Source of the DNA: Eledone cirrhosa
Lineage: Eukaryota
Direction: 5' to 3'
NCBI GenBank assembly: GCA_964016885.1
Contig: CAXHJY010001599.1
Location: 16,096-80,095 of the forward strand
DNA length: 64,000 nt
Both the position numbers and the translations under genes were made by a program. The stretch's first letter is position 1, and each line of letters opens with the position of its first letter. Positions 1 to 13,062 of this stretch are shown here, one piece after another. The notes beneath the pieces were generated by a model. It ran no database searches and was not told the origin of the DNA. It saw only the letters and a program-made list of their open reading frames with translations.

Positions 1-1094
1 TGGAACTCACAACCTAACGGTTACATTTCGAATACATTAACCACAAAGCCACGCGTTTTCACATCTTCTAGTATACCCTTTGGTTAACTAGTGTTTTGTG
101 AGTGAAATTTTAGTAGACGGAGACTCCACCGCAGCCCGTCGTAATACATATATGCGATTGTGTATGTGCATGATGGGGAGAAAGGAAAGGGAGGGGTCGG
201 TGTCATTTTAATAGGTCTGGAATAAATACTGAGATTGATATGATCAACTAAAACGTTTCAAACTGGTACCCATCACAAAAATGGTGCCCAGCTCGACTCT
301 AATGACCGAAACCTGTAAATCAATGGACGCATATTTCATTAACTAATTTAACCAGCTTCCGACAGAAACACTCTGTGTGTATTTAGCTTGATGACTATTC
401 TAGAAATGTAACATGTAGTACATTGGTAGGCAAACGTATCTCTTTGAGCTATCCACCTATCTAGTAATCCGAATAATTAAGCTCCCCTGGCAGACTGGGC
501 CCATTCTCATTACTCCAGTAACCATTCTGTTCCTGAATGTTTGTAGATCATAGAGTGGTTGTCATAGGGAATCTACTCAAGATGTATTTAATCAGAATGC
601 TACAGTTGTGGCATTCCAGTAATCTGTTTAAGTCTAATGAGATCAGGTAAGTAGCACAGATTGATGCATGTGGCTAGAATTTATGCAGTCAATTATGATG
701 TCTGTTTTTTTGTAAGAGTCTACTGGGTAGGAAAACAAAACCTCGTTCATTTCGTCTTCCAATCTGTAGTCTGGGCAATCTGCAGTGAAATTATATAGCC
801 TTAATCTTGTTGGAGTTATTGCAGCTTTCTTAGCGTTAATTCGCCTTTTTAAGTTTATTTTTTTAGTATGAATTCTTCCTTTATACAATCTCTTGGCGGC
901 TGGTATTACACCTGCAAAGCTATCACTAATATTATTCATTATATACTTGTATAAACGAAACTGCCTGGGTTGTTTAGGTTCTCGAATAATTCTTTGCCTA
1001 CTGTCCATTGCTTAACTTCAGAGTATTTTCGTGTACATACGTTATAAATATTTTAGTATTTTTAACTACGCGTTTTGTAAAGCTTTTTACAATT

Positions 1095-1172
1095 TGTTGG
1101 ACACCAGGTCCGAACACAGAAGAGCCGAACTCCCACTGTCATCGCCTCCATCTCTCTCGCCCTCCCCATCTC
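1095..1172 (+). repeat. Unclassified dispersed repeat; inverted copy at about 58716-58825
   Basis: ACACCAGGTCCGAACACAGAAGAGCCGAACTCCCACTGTCATCGCC...CCCCATC recurs as its reverse complement at 58751-58821. Confidence 0.7.
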
Positions 1173-1559
1173 TCACTATAATGAGAAAATGGGGTTTCAC
1201 GTGCTGGCCGCCCCCACGGCCCCGGCGAACAGAATGGACAAGGCGTTTTCCCGGAGGATGGTAAGGGAGATGCGCTGTAGGAGTCATTAGTTATTGTATT
1301 TTTTCACTTGATCGACGATGAAGATTTATTTCCATAAATTTCTAAAGGAGTTGATGTCTTTCGTAGCTAGCTATGGTTGAACAGCTGTCAGTCAATATCC
1401 TGCTGGTTTTAAATCTGCAACGATTTTGAAGCTAATCGATTGCAGTTTCTATTGCTAATAGCTTGACATGAAAGTATATTTGTGTCAATTGAGATATCGA
1501 CCTATGTTAGTTTTACGATTTTCGGTTTCTAACGACTCAACCCCACCCCGCCCTCACCC

Positions 1560-1790
1560 CAACCTTCACCGCTCAGTTTCTTTCTATGGTGATAACTCTT
1601 GGCATTCATTTTGTTCCGTAACCGTCAGCAAAAATGTGGTCGATTAAACCTATACTATGTTCTGTCCATGCATGATTCCAGCATATTGATGTGGAATTTC
1701 TCTCATTCTTCATTACTGAACGGGTTCTCAGTGAATACTAGGAGAATATTTGTGGTTATCTTATAGATCGAATATTTGTCAATTAACCTG
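1560..1790 (-). pseudogene. Highly decayed reverse-transcriptase remnant, possibly Penelope-like
   Basis: Minus-strand translation gives fragments such as QIFDL and NMLESCMDRT*YRFNRPHF, resembling the PLE RT 'L..C....YF.FN..FY' region; many stops. Confidence 0.3.
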
Positions 1791-2093
1791 ACACATATCT
1801 CGTAAACAATGTTGGCATTAGTTTTTACTCAATTTTTAAGTGTTTGGAGATTCGCAGCTATCCGTGTAAATTCTTCGGACGTGTAGTAGGAGTTCCTAAT
1901 GGGTTTAGGAATTCTTTTTGCTTTTGTTGTTATTGAATTTTGCGCTGGTAGCGATATCATGTAGGTACGATGCAATTTGATGTCACATATGTTGTTGGTG
2001 ATAATGTAGTGTATTAGTTTTGATGGTGTTGACGTTGGCTAATGCACCTTGCTTCGCTAGTCAATATATATTTGCCATCCCTGCTCTTTGATA

Positions 2094-2440
2094 TACAGTG
2101 TACCCCGGCATTCGCGGTCCTAGTTATTCGCGGAATTTTCCTTAGAACCTCACTAATAATTGTTCGTGGAAACCAGCGCATATTCGCAAAATCGTAAATA
2201 TCTTCCGTGATTTTTTATGGCTTTTTTCGTGGCAGTATATATTTTTTAACGCTAAATTATTAATAACAATATACCGTATGTGCCGGCCTATTGGTCGCCC
2301 TTTCGCATTTTTTAATTATATTCTATGTTATATTTTGATGTTTATAGGCATTTTTATGGACCACGTCCAATATTCGCGGTTTTTCACACTTCGCGTGTAC
2401 TCTAGGAAAATAACCTCCGCGAATACCGAGGACAACTGTA
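2094..2440. mobile_element. pogo/Tigger-like MITE (Tc1-mariner superfamily)
   Basis: TA|CAGTGTACCCCGGCATTCGCGG ... CCGCGAATACCGAGGACAACTG|TA: imperfect TIRs, TA target duplication, internal ATTCGCG repeats. Confidence 0.8.
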
Positions 2441-2506
2441 TATTTGTCAACTATGTTATCAAAGGACGCCTCCCACAATTCCTTTGACCACTATCATTTA
2501 TATCAT

Positions 2507-2680
2507 CATCTGGTACTGGGGTCGATTCTTCCTCTATGTCTCTTTCTCATTTCCTCTCTCTCACTTTCTATCTTTCTCTGGAAGAAATCTGCTGTACTTA
2601 GGCCTGGAGAGGGATGGGCTCCGCCAGGTTAAAAATGCCCAAGTAACGCCGTATATCAATACGACACCCCTACGACTCTA
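2507..2680 (+). mobile_element. 5'-truncated SINE variant with alternative 3' tail (full copy at 55943-56240)
   Basis: GTACTGGGGTCGATT followed by a CT-rich segment and GGAGAGGGATGGGCTCCGC...CTACGACTC, homologous to 56070-56240. Confidence 0.7.
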
Positions 2681-2740
2681 TCAGGCGTTACGGGACATAT
2701 ACACTACATATTGCCTATAAATTCGTTGAGATATTCATAA

Positions 2741-2837
2741 TTGTTTCTACGTTAGGCACAAGGCCAGCAATTACCCAGTGCATTACTGGTACTTTATTTT
2801 ATCGACCCCGTAAGGATGAAAGGCAAAGTCAACCTCG
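2741..2837 (-). mobile_element. 5'-truncated tRNA-derived SINE with target-site duplication
   Basis: Matches the SINE 3' half; flanked by the direct repeat TTGAGATATTCATAAT at 2726-2741 and 2838-2853. Confidence 0.9.
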
Positions 2838-3238
2838 TTGAGATATTCATAATGTTGAGATTGATTTCTGTTGCTGTTTTGGGGGAAAAGGTGTCAATTC
2901 ATGGTGGTTTCTAGTGTATGGACTCATGTTACGTTTGATTTCATGTGTAAGCTTAAAAGATTTCTTGTTGATTGTGTTGTCTTGGTTACATTTTTTTAAA
3001 TTCGAATTTCTGGTATCTTGCTTGTTTTTAGAATATATATCTACGTGTAGTATATTTAGATATAAATGTTCTCACCTTTGAGAGTTTCTAGTTCTCTCAT
3101 TTTTTTATGTATATTAAATCATATTGTCAACAGTTCAGTATAATTTTGCGGCATTGTAAACAGAGTATTTCTAAGTACTATTCTTTGCTCCATTGTTCTG
3201 TTATTGCTTCTCTTTCGTTTGATGACCAGTATGTTCAC

Positions 3239-3308
3239 TATCCATTCAAGTGGAACGGTCATTTTCTGCTAGGATAGTCAGAAAATGACCGTTCCATTTC
3301 AATGGATA
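3239..3308. repeat. 70-bp hairpin (30-bp arms, 10-nt loop)
   Basis: TATCCATTCAAGTGGAACGGTCATTTTCTG / CAGAAAATGACCGTTCCATTTCAATGGATA, 2 mismatches. Confidence 0.85.
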
Positions 3309-4195
3309 CCGATTCGTTTGCTGATTCATATTTCAGTTTCTCTTGTTTGAAAGTTTTATTGTATTAGAATCAAACTACGCGTATCACCTACAGCTTTGGG
3401 TGGAATAGGATTTTATTGGTATTTTTATTACTATGCCAGGCTTGTATTTCTTTCTATCGTGTTGTGTGTTTATATTCACTGGTTCTTTGTGGCTTCTATG
3501 TTAACACGTGAATAATTGTAGTTTATGTAGACTTCGACAAGAGGTGAAAAAAATTGAGAAAAAATGTTTTTAGTGACAAGGATTCTAAGTGACACTTGTG
3601 TTCGGTATTTTCAGGCTTTTCATTCTAAACTAAAACAAGATAACGAACATTAATGTGTGATATGTGTGTATGAGCGTGTCCTTACGCCTATATTAATATA
3701 TGTTATGTGTGTCTGCGCCTATATTAATAAATGTGATATGTGTGTATGTGCATCTGCATTCGCCTATATGTGATGTGTGTGTACGTGCGTGTATCTGCTC
3801 CTAAATTAACGTATGTGATATGTGTGTATGTCCTAGTAATATTTTGAGCATGTATAGTTTTTAGAAGAGCTGTATGCATCGTGTAATCCCGGCCAGTCCA
3901 AACCGACTAGTCTCATGGCACGCAAGTAGTCGGACGAATGACTAAGAACAATCCACTGATCCAGTGATACTAAAATATGCTATATTAATGCCCTGGTGAG
4001 GACCCCATGGAGCACTGAAAAACATGCTGTGGTACATTATGAAATAGTGTATTTTCTTCACAAATTTGTCTAATTCTGTATGCCTATAGGTTCTGTCGGT
4101 GGAGAAAGCAGAGACGCGTCAGATGAACTCAGTTGGAACTCGACAGTTGCTATCCTTCTCATATATCTAATACAGCAACAGGAGACTTATCTTGT

Positions 4196-4388
4196 CAGAC
4201 CTCCCAACTTTCCCCGTCCGACGGGGAGATCTCCCACCCATTTTGAGGTGGATGAGCGATGTATTCCCTTGTGAAAATGGGTATAGCTTTCATTATATAA
4301 AATCTCCCATTTTGCCTCAATTTTAACTGTTTTGGGGCACTTTTTTCATGGTACTCCCCGTTTGGGGTTTTAGAGGTTGGCAGGTCTG
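4196..4388. mobile_element. hAT-like MITE; second copy at 26740-26899
   Basis: TIRs CAGACCTCCCAAC / GTTGGCAGGTCTG; internal TTGTGAAAATGGGTATAGCTTT shared with the 26.8-kb copy. Confidence 0.65.
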
Positions 4389-4429
4389 TAATATGTACGT
4401 AATAATATATGTGTGCGGAGGATGGGGAT

Positions 4430-5550
4430 GTTGTTGTTGCTATTGATTACCTTCAAGTAAATCCTAATTGAGCAGACAAGCTGATGGTCAAAGGCATTGT
4501 AAACCTATGACAATGCCGTACCAACTGCGAGCATCCCTTTTTTTTAATTTGTATATGAGGGAGTACATTGTGCATTGTGTCTCGTCTTTTCATTTTGAAG
4601 ATCGTATATTTAAAGGAATTTTACTGCTATTTCTAGTAGGGCTAGCGGCCACATAAATTCTCCTTAATTGGTTTATGTGGTTGTATTATATGGAAGTGGT
4701 TGCCATTGATGTTTAGCCACCGGTATACGCTGATTGTGCAAATATCATTAAAGGCATTCTAGTTGTGACCATTTCGCTTTCTTCATCTATGTAGGGAACA
4801 CACGGCCATATTAAGACCGTAGGATCTGATTTGAGAACGATTTGGCTGCTATTGTAGCAGATCGAACAAACACGTACATACTTCTGTGTGCATTTAATTA
4901 AAGATTCAATAAATCCGCTTCTTATTTATGTCATTCCTCAATCTGAGTTAACTCCCCCTGAGGTCAACTTCGCTAATAATCCCACCAAGGAGTAGATAAT
5001 ATAGATACCAGTAATATATTGAGGTCGATTCATTTCCCAATGATTCCAAAATAGGGCACAAATTGAGAATGATTTTCTTATTTGTAGCAGGTAAAGAACC
5101 CGTTTAAAAACTTCTGTGTTAGTCTATCGTAGCAATAGTGGTTGTAGCTGTAGCTGGTTGTCGAGTCCCAAGTTAGGCTTGATCGTGCATACCTATGATC
5201 ACAATATTCCAGCCATGATCATCCTGTCGTTTTCAGACACAGCATAAGAAGAAATACTGCATCCAATGCCTCCCTTTCTAGAGATTTAGCTGATATTTCT
5301 AACAGGACAAGCGACCGCGTAGAGATAACATCATTGGCTATCGTATATGTTTGCTGTTGCTGCTCTTAATGTTGTTATTGTCGCAATTGTTGTTGCTGAA
5401 GCCTGAGTTTACTTCATCAAGCAGACCTATGAGGTCATTGCAGCTGTGGCCAATCTATCATTTTTCTATGAGCAACACATCGAGGGTCACATTATCCAGT
5501 TGCTCCTTTAGTTTGAATGAATTTGGTAACTACCTCTTGCAGGTCTTATG
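4430..5550. mobile_element. Cluster of old SINE-like fragments of a second family (also about 6330-6400, 44280-44520, 49670-49815)
   Basis: Recurrent diverged motifs like GCAGACCTATGA..AAAGGCATTCCAGCC.TGAC.ATC.TGTC and GATTTGGCTGCTATTTCTAGCAGG. Confidence 0.55.
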
Positions 5551-5561
5551 AATACTTAGAG

Positions 5562-5874
5562 CAGTGGTTCCCAAACTTTTGTACACCATGCCCCACCTCA
5601 ACATCTCAAATATTTTTATGCCCCACTTTGATATAAAAGCTGCGAAGTTCAACTACAAAGTATAAACAAATTGGGTGATGCTAGATGCACATTAACACGT
5701 ATGAAGGAGGTGAGACAGGAGATTCTGACAGTGATTTGTTCCAAAGTTGCCTTGGTGTAAAAGTAATAAGGCAAAACCTGAAGTTTGCTCTCATTAACAT
5801 TATTTTCAAAATTGCTCCCTTGAATATTCAAACTGCTCCCCTGTGGGGCGTGCGTCTCACGTTGCGAATCACTG
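5562..5874. mobile_element. hAT (Charlie-like) MITE
   Basis: TIRs CAGTGGTTCCCAA / TTGCGAATCACTG; 8-bp TSD ACTTAGAG / ACGTAGAG. Confidence 0.8.
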
Positions 5875-6057
5875 ACGTAGAGTTTCCCTCATTAGCCTGC
5901 ACATATATGTTTGATATATGTAGTATGTGTTTCTTGTGTGGCATATGCAGTAAACCTGATGTTCATTTGATATTTATTTGGTAGTGGTGGTGGTGGTAAT
6001 TCGAGTATTGCTTCTCTTGAGGGCGATGTGATATCGTATGCATTTGAGTATATACAC

Positions 6058-6093
6058 GTGCGTGTGTGTGTGTGTGTGTGTGTGTACATGTGT

Positions 6094-6135
<42 letters not shown>

Positions 6136-6146
6136 ATGTGTGTGTA

Positions 6147-6181
<35 letters not shown>

Positions 6182-6501
6182 ATGTGTGTGTGTGTGTGTG
6201 TGTACATGTGTGTATATATAAATGTGTGAGGGGAATATGGTGAGGTATTGTTTTCTGATAGAAAGTTGTTTAGTTGTCGGTGGTAAGGACGATGGTGGTG
6301 ATGGCAGTGGTAGTGGTTGGCATTGTTCTTTCTGTCATTATTTAACTCTAGATGAGTCTTAATAGGCATTCCAGCCGTGACTATCCTGTCTTTTTTCCTA
6401 CGTGCAGGGAGGCTGAAAACACATTCTACAAGACTTTCCCTTAGACGATAGACTGTAATTTGAGGATGAATATGTTGGTGCAGTATTGGTCGGGGTGAAT
6501 G

Positions 6502-6547
<46 letters not shown>

Positions 6548-6568
6548 GTGTGTGTGTGTATACATACA

Positions 6569-6600
<32 letters not shown>

Positions 6601-6618
6601 GTGTGTGTGTGTGTGTGT

Positions 6619-6682
<64 letters not shown>

Positions 6683-6694
6683 GTGTGTGTGTGT

Positions 6695-6779
<85 letters not shown>

Positions 6780-6820
6780 TATATATAAATATATATTAAT
6801 ATATATATAATATATATATA
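6058..6820. repeat. Compound (GT)n/(TA)n microsatellites
   Basis: Direct inspection. Confidence 0.95.
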
Positions 6821-6874
6821 TATTTTGTCTGATGAAGGCATACCATAATATGTATATAAATATATATATATATA

Positions 6875-6930
6875 TTCTTTTACTCTTTTACCTGTTCCAG
6901 CCATCCAGCTGAGGCCATGCTGGGGCACCC
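6875..6930 (-). mobile_element. 3' tail fragment of another SINE inserted in (TA)n
   Basis: CTTTTACTCTTTTACCTGTTCCAGCC...GGCCATGCTGGGGCACC; similar tail at about 270-320. Confidence 0.5.
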
Positions 6931-7015
6931 TATATATATAAATTAATTAAGGTATCATAACATATATAATATGAATGATGACTATGTTTCTCAGTAGAAA
7001 AGCTCAATTTGAATC

Positions 7016-7096
<81 letters not shown>

Positions 7097-7159
7097 TGTG
7101 TGTGTGTGTACATAAAGTACGCTGCAGGTATGTAGCTAACGTATTATTGCAAGTGATGA

Positions 7160-8700
7160 TTTGTTGGTAGAGCTGGAGGTAGAGATGGCGACGATGATAG
7201 TGAGGAGGTGGTGGTGGTGGTGGTGGTGGTGGTGGTGGTGGTGGTGGTGGTGGTGGTGGTGGTGGAAGTAGAGATAGCGATGATGGTGGTGGAGGTAGAG
7301 ATGGCGACGATGATAGTGAAGTGGTGGTGGTGATGGTGGTGATGGTGGTGGTGGTGGTGGTGGTGGTGGTGGTGGTGGTGGTGGTGGTGGAAGTAGAGAT
7401 AGCGATGATGGTGGCGGTGACGATGGTGGCGGTGACGATAGTGAAGTGGTGGTGGTGATGGTGGTGATGGTGGTGGTGGTGGTGGTGGTGGTGGTGGTGG
7501 TGGAAGTAGAGATAGCGATGATGGTGGCGGTGACGATGGTGGCGGCGATGATAGTGAAGTGGTGGTGGTGGTGGTGGTGGTGGTGGTGGAAGTAGAGATG
7601 GCGATGATGGTGGCGGTGACGATGGTGGCGACGATGATAGTGAAGTGGTGGTGGTGGTGGTGGTGGTGGTGGTGGTGGAAGTAGAGATAGCGATGATGGT
7701 GGCGGTGACGATGGTGGCGGTGACGATAGTGAAGTGGTGGTGGTGGTGGTGGTGGTGGTGGTGGTGGTGGTGGGTGTATGCGTGCGTTGAATATCTCAGT
7801 GATGATAAGTGTTGTGGTGTCAGTGCGGCTGTTTTATTATCTATGGCTGTACGATGCAGTACTGGTGATGGTGGTGGTGGTGGTGGTGGGTAATGGTGGT
7901 GGTGGTGGTGGTGGTGGTGGTGGGTAATGGTGGTGGTGGTGGTGGTGGTGGTGGTGGTGGTGGTGGTGGGTAATGGTGGTGGTGGTGGTGGTGGTGGTGG
8001 TGGTGGGTAATGGTGGTGGTGGTGATAATGGTCGTGGTGATGGTGGTTGTGGTGGAATGTTGGTGGTGTTTTAGTGGTGTAGTAATAGTGATGATGGTGG
8101 TGGTGGTGGTGGTGGTGGTGGTGGTGGTGGTGGGTAATGGCAGTGACAGTGGTGGTGGTGGTGGTGCCTGTGGTGGTGATGGTGGTGATGGTAAAGGTGG
8201 TAATGGTGGTGATGGTGGTGGTGATAGGTAATGGTGGTGGTGGTGGTGGTGGTGCTTGTGGTGGTGGTGGTGGTGATGGTGGAATGTTGGTGGTGTTTTA
8301 GTGGTGTAGTAATAGTGATGATGGTGGTGGTGGTGGTGGTGGTGGTGGTGTGGTGGTGGTGGTGGGTAATGGCAGTGACAGTGGTGGTGGTGGTGGTGCC
8401 TGTGGTGGTGGTGATGGTGGTGATGGTAAAGGTGGTAATGGTGGTGATGGTGGTGGTGATAGGTAATGGTGGTGGTGGTGGTGGTGCTTGTGGTGGTGGT
8501 GGTGATGGTGGAATGTTGGTGTTCGTAGTGGTGGCAGTGGTGATGGTGGTGTTAGTAATGGTTTATGTATGGTAGTAGTGATGGTAATGGTGATGGTAAT
8601 GGTGGCGGTGATGGTGGTGACGGTAGTGATGTGTAGTGGTGGTGATGGTAGTATTGGTGCTGTTGTTGTTGTTGTTGGTTGTGTTGGTGGTGGCAGTGAG
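7160..8700. repeat. (TGG)n-based compound microsatellite with higher-order units
   Basis: Long (GGT)n runs punctuated by the recurring GGAAGTAGAGATAGCGATGATGG unit; block duplication around 8040-8500. Confidence 0.95.
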
Positions 8701-8859
8701 GTATAGTGGTGTTTTATAAGGGTGGGTGAATGGTGACGATGGGTAATGTTGTTTGTAATGGTTCATGTGTGGTAAGGGTGGTGTGTCTGTGTGTGTGTGT
8801 GTGCGTTTGTGTGTGCGTGAGTGGTTGAAGTTGTGTGTTAATAACAGCAATGTTGTGTA

Positions 8860-8928
<69 letters not shown>

Positions 8929-8930
<2 letters not shown>

Positions 8931-9060
8931 GAAAAGGTATGACCCCGATGGCAGAGCTCAAGCCGTGTCATACCTTTTCCTATTTCCCACTCTACTACCT
9001 TAAGTATTGAGTACTCTTGTGCGTTATGGTCCATCTGGTTCCTTACGACAATTCCTTCGT
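8929..9060 (+). mobile_element. TA-anchored fold-back element, copy a (Penelope-like terminal relic)
   Basis: Body ends ...GGTTCCTTACGACAATTCCTTCGT(TA)n; 5' inverted arm GGAAAAGGTATGAC pairs with GTCATACCTTTTCC. Confidence 0.75.
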
Positions 9061-9064
9061 TATA

Positions 9065-9098
<34 letters not shown>

Positions 9099-9219
9099 CA
9101 TACATATATATATACATACATATATATATATATATATACATATACATACATATACATACATATATACATATATACATATATATATATATATTTATATATA
9201 TATATATATATATATACAT

Positions 9220-9613
<394 letters not shown>

Positions 9614-9707
9614 TTCCAAAACGTTTTTTTTTTCCATTTCAGGTAGACGCGCTCCATCATCCACTTTTCTAAAAAAAACAAATCATACACAAAACGCCAG
9701 CACCAAC

Positions 9708-9937
9708 AGTTTTGCAAGAGATGTCAACATGAATGGACCTGTTATTTTTATCTAAAGACATTTTTTCAATTTCATCCCGCCCGCCCCCTCACTCTATTTT
9801 ATTTCTCATTCTTTCCTTTGATGAAGCACTAGCGTCCGAAACATTAAGACCCTCTTCTTGCTATATCAAGCGTTAACCTAATATATTCCTTCCATATACT
9901 GTACCGATTGTGTTGATATTTCTGTTTACCTTTTACA
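9708..9937 (+). mobile_element. Penelope-like 3' fragment, family B, with degenerate hammerhead (9818-9846); copies at 18090-18305 (-) and 57781-57965 (-)
   Basis: Three homologous copies of about 200 bp ending at microsatellites; core (C/T)TGATGA-a-GGAC-TAGC-GTCC-GAAA-C(G/A)TT-AAG. Confidence 0.7.
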
Positions 9938-9943
9938 TACATA

Positions 9944-9977
<34 letters not shown>

Positions 9978-10073
9978 CATATATATATATACAAGTTTTA
10001 GTACAGCATTAACGAAGCTTTAGTTTGCGGCCAAGCTAACGAATGCAAATTCGGTATGTAGATTTAGCACTCG

Positions 10074-10151
<78 letters not shown>

Positions 10152-10357
10152 ATACATATATATATACATATATATATACATATATATATATATATTTACA
10201 TATATACATATATATTATTACTCCAGAGTAATAACAATACGTTTAGACAGCTTAGCAAATATATACGGTTCTTATATATTTGATATATATTTATCCTTAT
10301 CGAGCCCTCTTTGGATTTTAGTCTTCAAATTTATTATTATTATTATTATATATATAA

Positions 10358-10548
10358 GGGCGGTGGATTGGCAGTATCGGTAGAGAGTCGGACGCCATGC
10401 TTTCCAGCATAGTTACGTCTCTTTGCGGTCTGAGTTCAAATCCCGCCGAGGTTAACTTTGCCTTTCATCCTTACGGGGTCGATAAAATAAAGTACCAGTA
10501 ATGTACTGGGTAATTGCTGGCCTTGTGCCAAAAGTAGAAACAATTATT
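10358..10548 (+). mobile_element. Full-length tRNA-derived SINE (about 190 bp)
   Basis: A-box-like TGGCAGTATCGG, B box GAGTTCAAATCC, central TTGCCTTTCATCCTTACGGGGTCGATAAAATAAAGTACCAG (resembles the Meta/MESC-type domain), tail GGCCTTGTGCCAAAAGTAGAAACAATTATT. Confidence 0.9.
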
Positions 10549-10612
10549 ATATATATATGTATATGTGTGTGTATATATATATATACACACACACACATAT
10601 ATATATATATAT

Positions 10613-10651
<39 letters not shown>

Positions 10652-10692
10652 TATATACATACACATATATATATATATACATATATATATAC

Positions 10693-10748
<56 letters not shown>

Positions 10749-10891
10749 GTATATATATATGTATATATATATATGTATATATATATGTATATATATCTAT
10801 ATATATATATATATGTATATATATATGTATATATATCTATATATATGTATATATGTATATATATATATGTATATATATATGTATATATGTA

Positions 10892-10933
<42 letters not shown>

Positions 10934-10955
10934 ATGCTGTGTATGTGTTTGTAAT

Positions 10956-11142
10956 AATTGTTTCTACTTTAGGCACAAGGCCAGCAATTACTCAGTGCAT
11001 TACTGGTACTTTATTTTATCGACCCCGTAAGGATGAAAGGCAAAGTCAACCTCGGCAGGATTTGAACTCAGATCGTAAAGGGACGTAACTATGCTGGAAA
11101 GCATGGCGTCCGACCCTCTACCGATACTGCCAATCCACCGCC
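10956..11142 (-). mobile_element. Full-length SINE with 17-bp TSD
   Basis: TSD TATGTGTTTGTAATAAT at 10942-10958 and 11144-11160. Confidence 0.92.
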
Positions 11143-11399
11143 ATATGTGTTTGTAATAATATCTAACAGTTGTGTATGTGTACGTAATATATATAATGTG
11201 AGTGTGTATGTAATAAATATAGTGTTGTATATGTGTATGTAATACAGTATATATAATGTTGTGTATGCGTGTATATAGCATGCAGTGTTGTTTGTGTGGA
11301 GATGTTGCTGGTGATGATGAAAATCATGTGTAGTGATGTATATGGTGTGAGGATGGTAGTGATGGGTGGTTGTGGTATGTCTAGTGTTGGGTATGCAGT

Positions 11400-12153
11400 T
11401 GCTATGGTAGTGGGATGGTTATGGTAGTGGTGGTTGTAGTGGTGGTGGTTATGGTAGTGGTGCTGGTTATGGTAGTTGTGGTGGTTATGGTAGTTGTGAT
11501 GGTTTTAATACTGATGAGGGATGTGTTAGTGGTGGTGTTTATGATAGTGGTGGTTGATATGATATGATAGAGATGGCGGTTGTGATTGTGGTATTGTTTA
11601 CGTCAATGATGGTGGTAGTTAGGACAATGGTGGTGCTAGTTAGGACAATGGTGGTGGCGGTGGTGGTGGTGTCGGTGATGATGTTTATGATGATGATGAT
11701 AATGATGGTGGTGGTGGTGGTGGATGTGGTGGTTGTGGAGGTGATGATGTTGATGAAGATGATAATGATGGTGGTGGGGTGGTGGTGGTGGCGATGATGA
11801 TGATGGTGGTGGTCGTGGTGGTGGGGTGATTAAGTTGATGATGATGATGATGATGATGATAATTATGGTAGTGTTGCTGGTGGTGCTGGTGTTATTAGTG
11901 GAGCAGTGATAGCGGCGGGGATTAAGCCTAGTGGTGGCGGAAGTGTTGAGGAGAAACATGCGTTGTTGTTCTCGTCGTTGTCACAACACAACAGTAAGTA
12001 ACGTTCGTGTTTATATCACCAAGACCGAAGTCACCACTCTTAAAGCAAGAATGACGACAACGACAACTAGGACGATGACAAAGATGGTGATGATGATGGT
12101 GATGATGATGATGATGGTGATGATGGCGATGATGATGATGGTCATGATGATGG

Positions 12154-12188
<35 letters not shown>

Positions 12189-12309
12189 GTGATGATGGCA
12201 GTGGAGTAGTTTAGATTGGGGTCATGATGATGACGATAATGCTGATGATGGTAGTGCTGGTGATGATGCTGATGATGATGATGATGAAGATGATGATGAA
12301 GATGATGAA

Positions 12310-12366
<57 letters not shown>

Positions 12367-12560
12367 GGTGGCGGTGGTGATGATTAAGAGGAGAAAGAGA
12401 GAGGAGGAATAGATAGAAGAGAGGTGAAAGTGGCTGAAGAAGTTGGGAGAGGGACAGTGATTATGATACGACGATGATGATGTTGGTGACGATGATGACA
12501 CCGAAGATGGTGATGATGATGACGATGACGACAATGATGATCAATAATGATTTCTTAAGA
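11400..12560. repeat. (GGT)n/(GAT)n microsatellite field
   Basis: Direct inspection. Confidence 0.9.
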
Positions 12561-12646
12561 AAATAGTAATTGCTTATTATCGAAAAGTTATCTCGACGGT
12601 GCTGTGATGGTGATGATGATGATAAGGATGTGAACAATACTACTAC

Positions 12647-12678
<32 letters not shown>

Positions 12679-12680
12679 TT

Positions 12681-12705
12681 CGGCCCTTGTGGCCAATAAA
12701 TGAAA

Positions 12706-12748
<43 letters not shown>

Positions 12749-13038
12749 CTTTGACGCATAGAGTTACCATTCTGAGTTCAAATCCCGCCGAGGTTAACTT
12801 TGCCTTTCATCCTTACGGGGTCGCTAAAATAAAGTACCAGTAATGCACTGGGTAAGTGCTGGCCTTGCCTTGTGCCAAAAAGTAGAAACAATTATTATTA
12901 TTATTTTTATTTATATATTTTCATTGTTAAATTAGTCTTGCCATTGTGCACTTTTACTCGAGCTTATTGTAAACCCCCACTGTCCGTGTCTTTGTATTGT
13001 CCCCTACAGTCGGCCCTTGTGGCCAATAAATGAAATCA
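12681..13038 (+). mobile_element. Tx1/L1-like LINE 3' ends (12681-12708 and about 12905-13038) interleaved with a SINE (12749-12895), all ending in (ATT)n
   Basis: CGGCCCTTGTGGCCAATAAATGAAATC(ATT)n, the same terminus as the ORF-bearing fragment at 52061-52460. Confidence 0.65.
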
Positions 13039-13062
13039 TTATTATTATTATTATTATTATTG

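Noticed and set aside
643-1008. 121-aa minus-strand ORF
   Set aside because: No recognisable domain or splice context; probably decayed retroelement sequence
10358-10450. tRNA gene
   Set aside because: A and B boxes belong to a multi-copy SINE head with core, tail and TSDs; no clean cloverleaf
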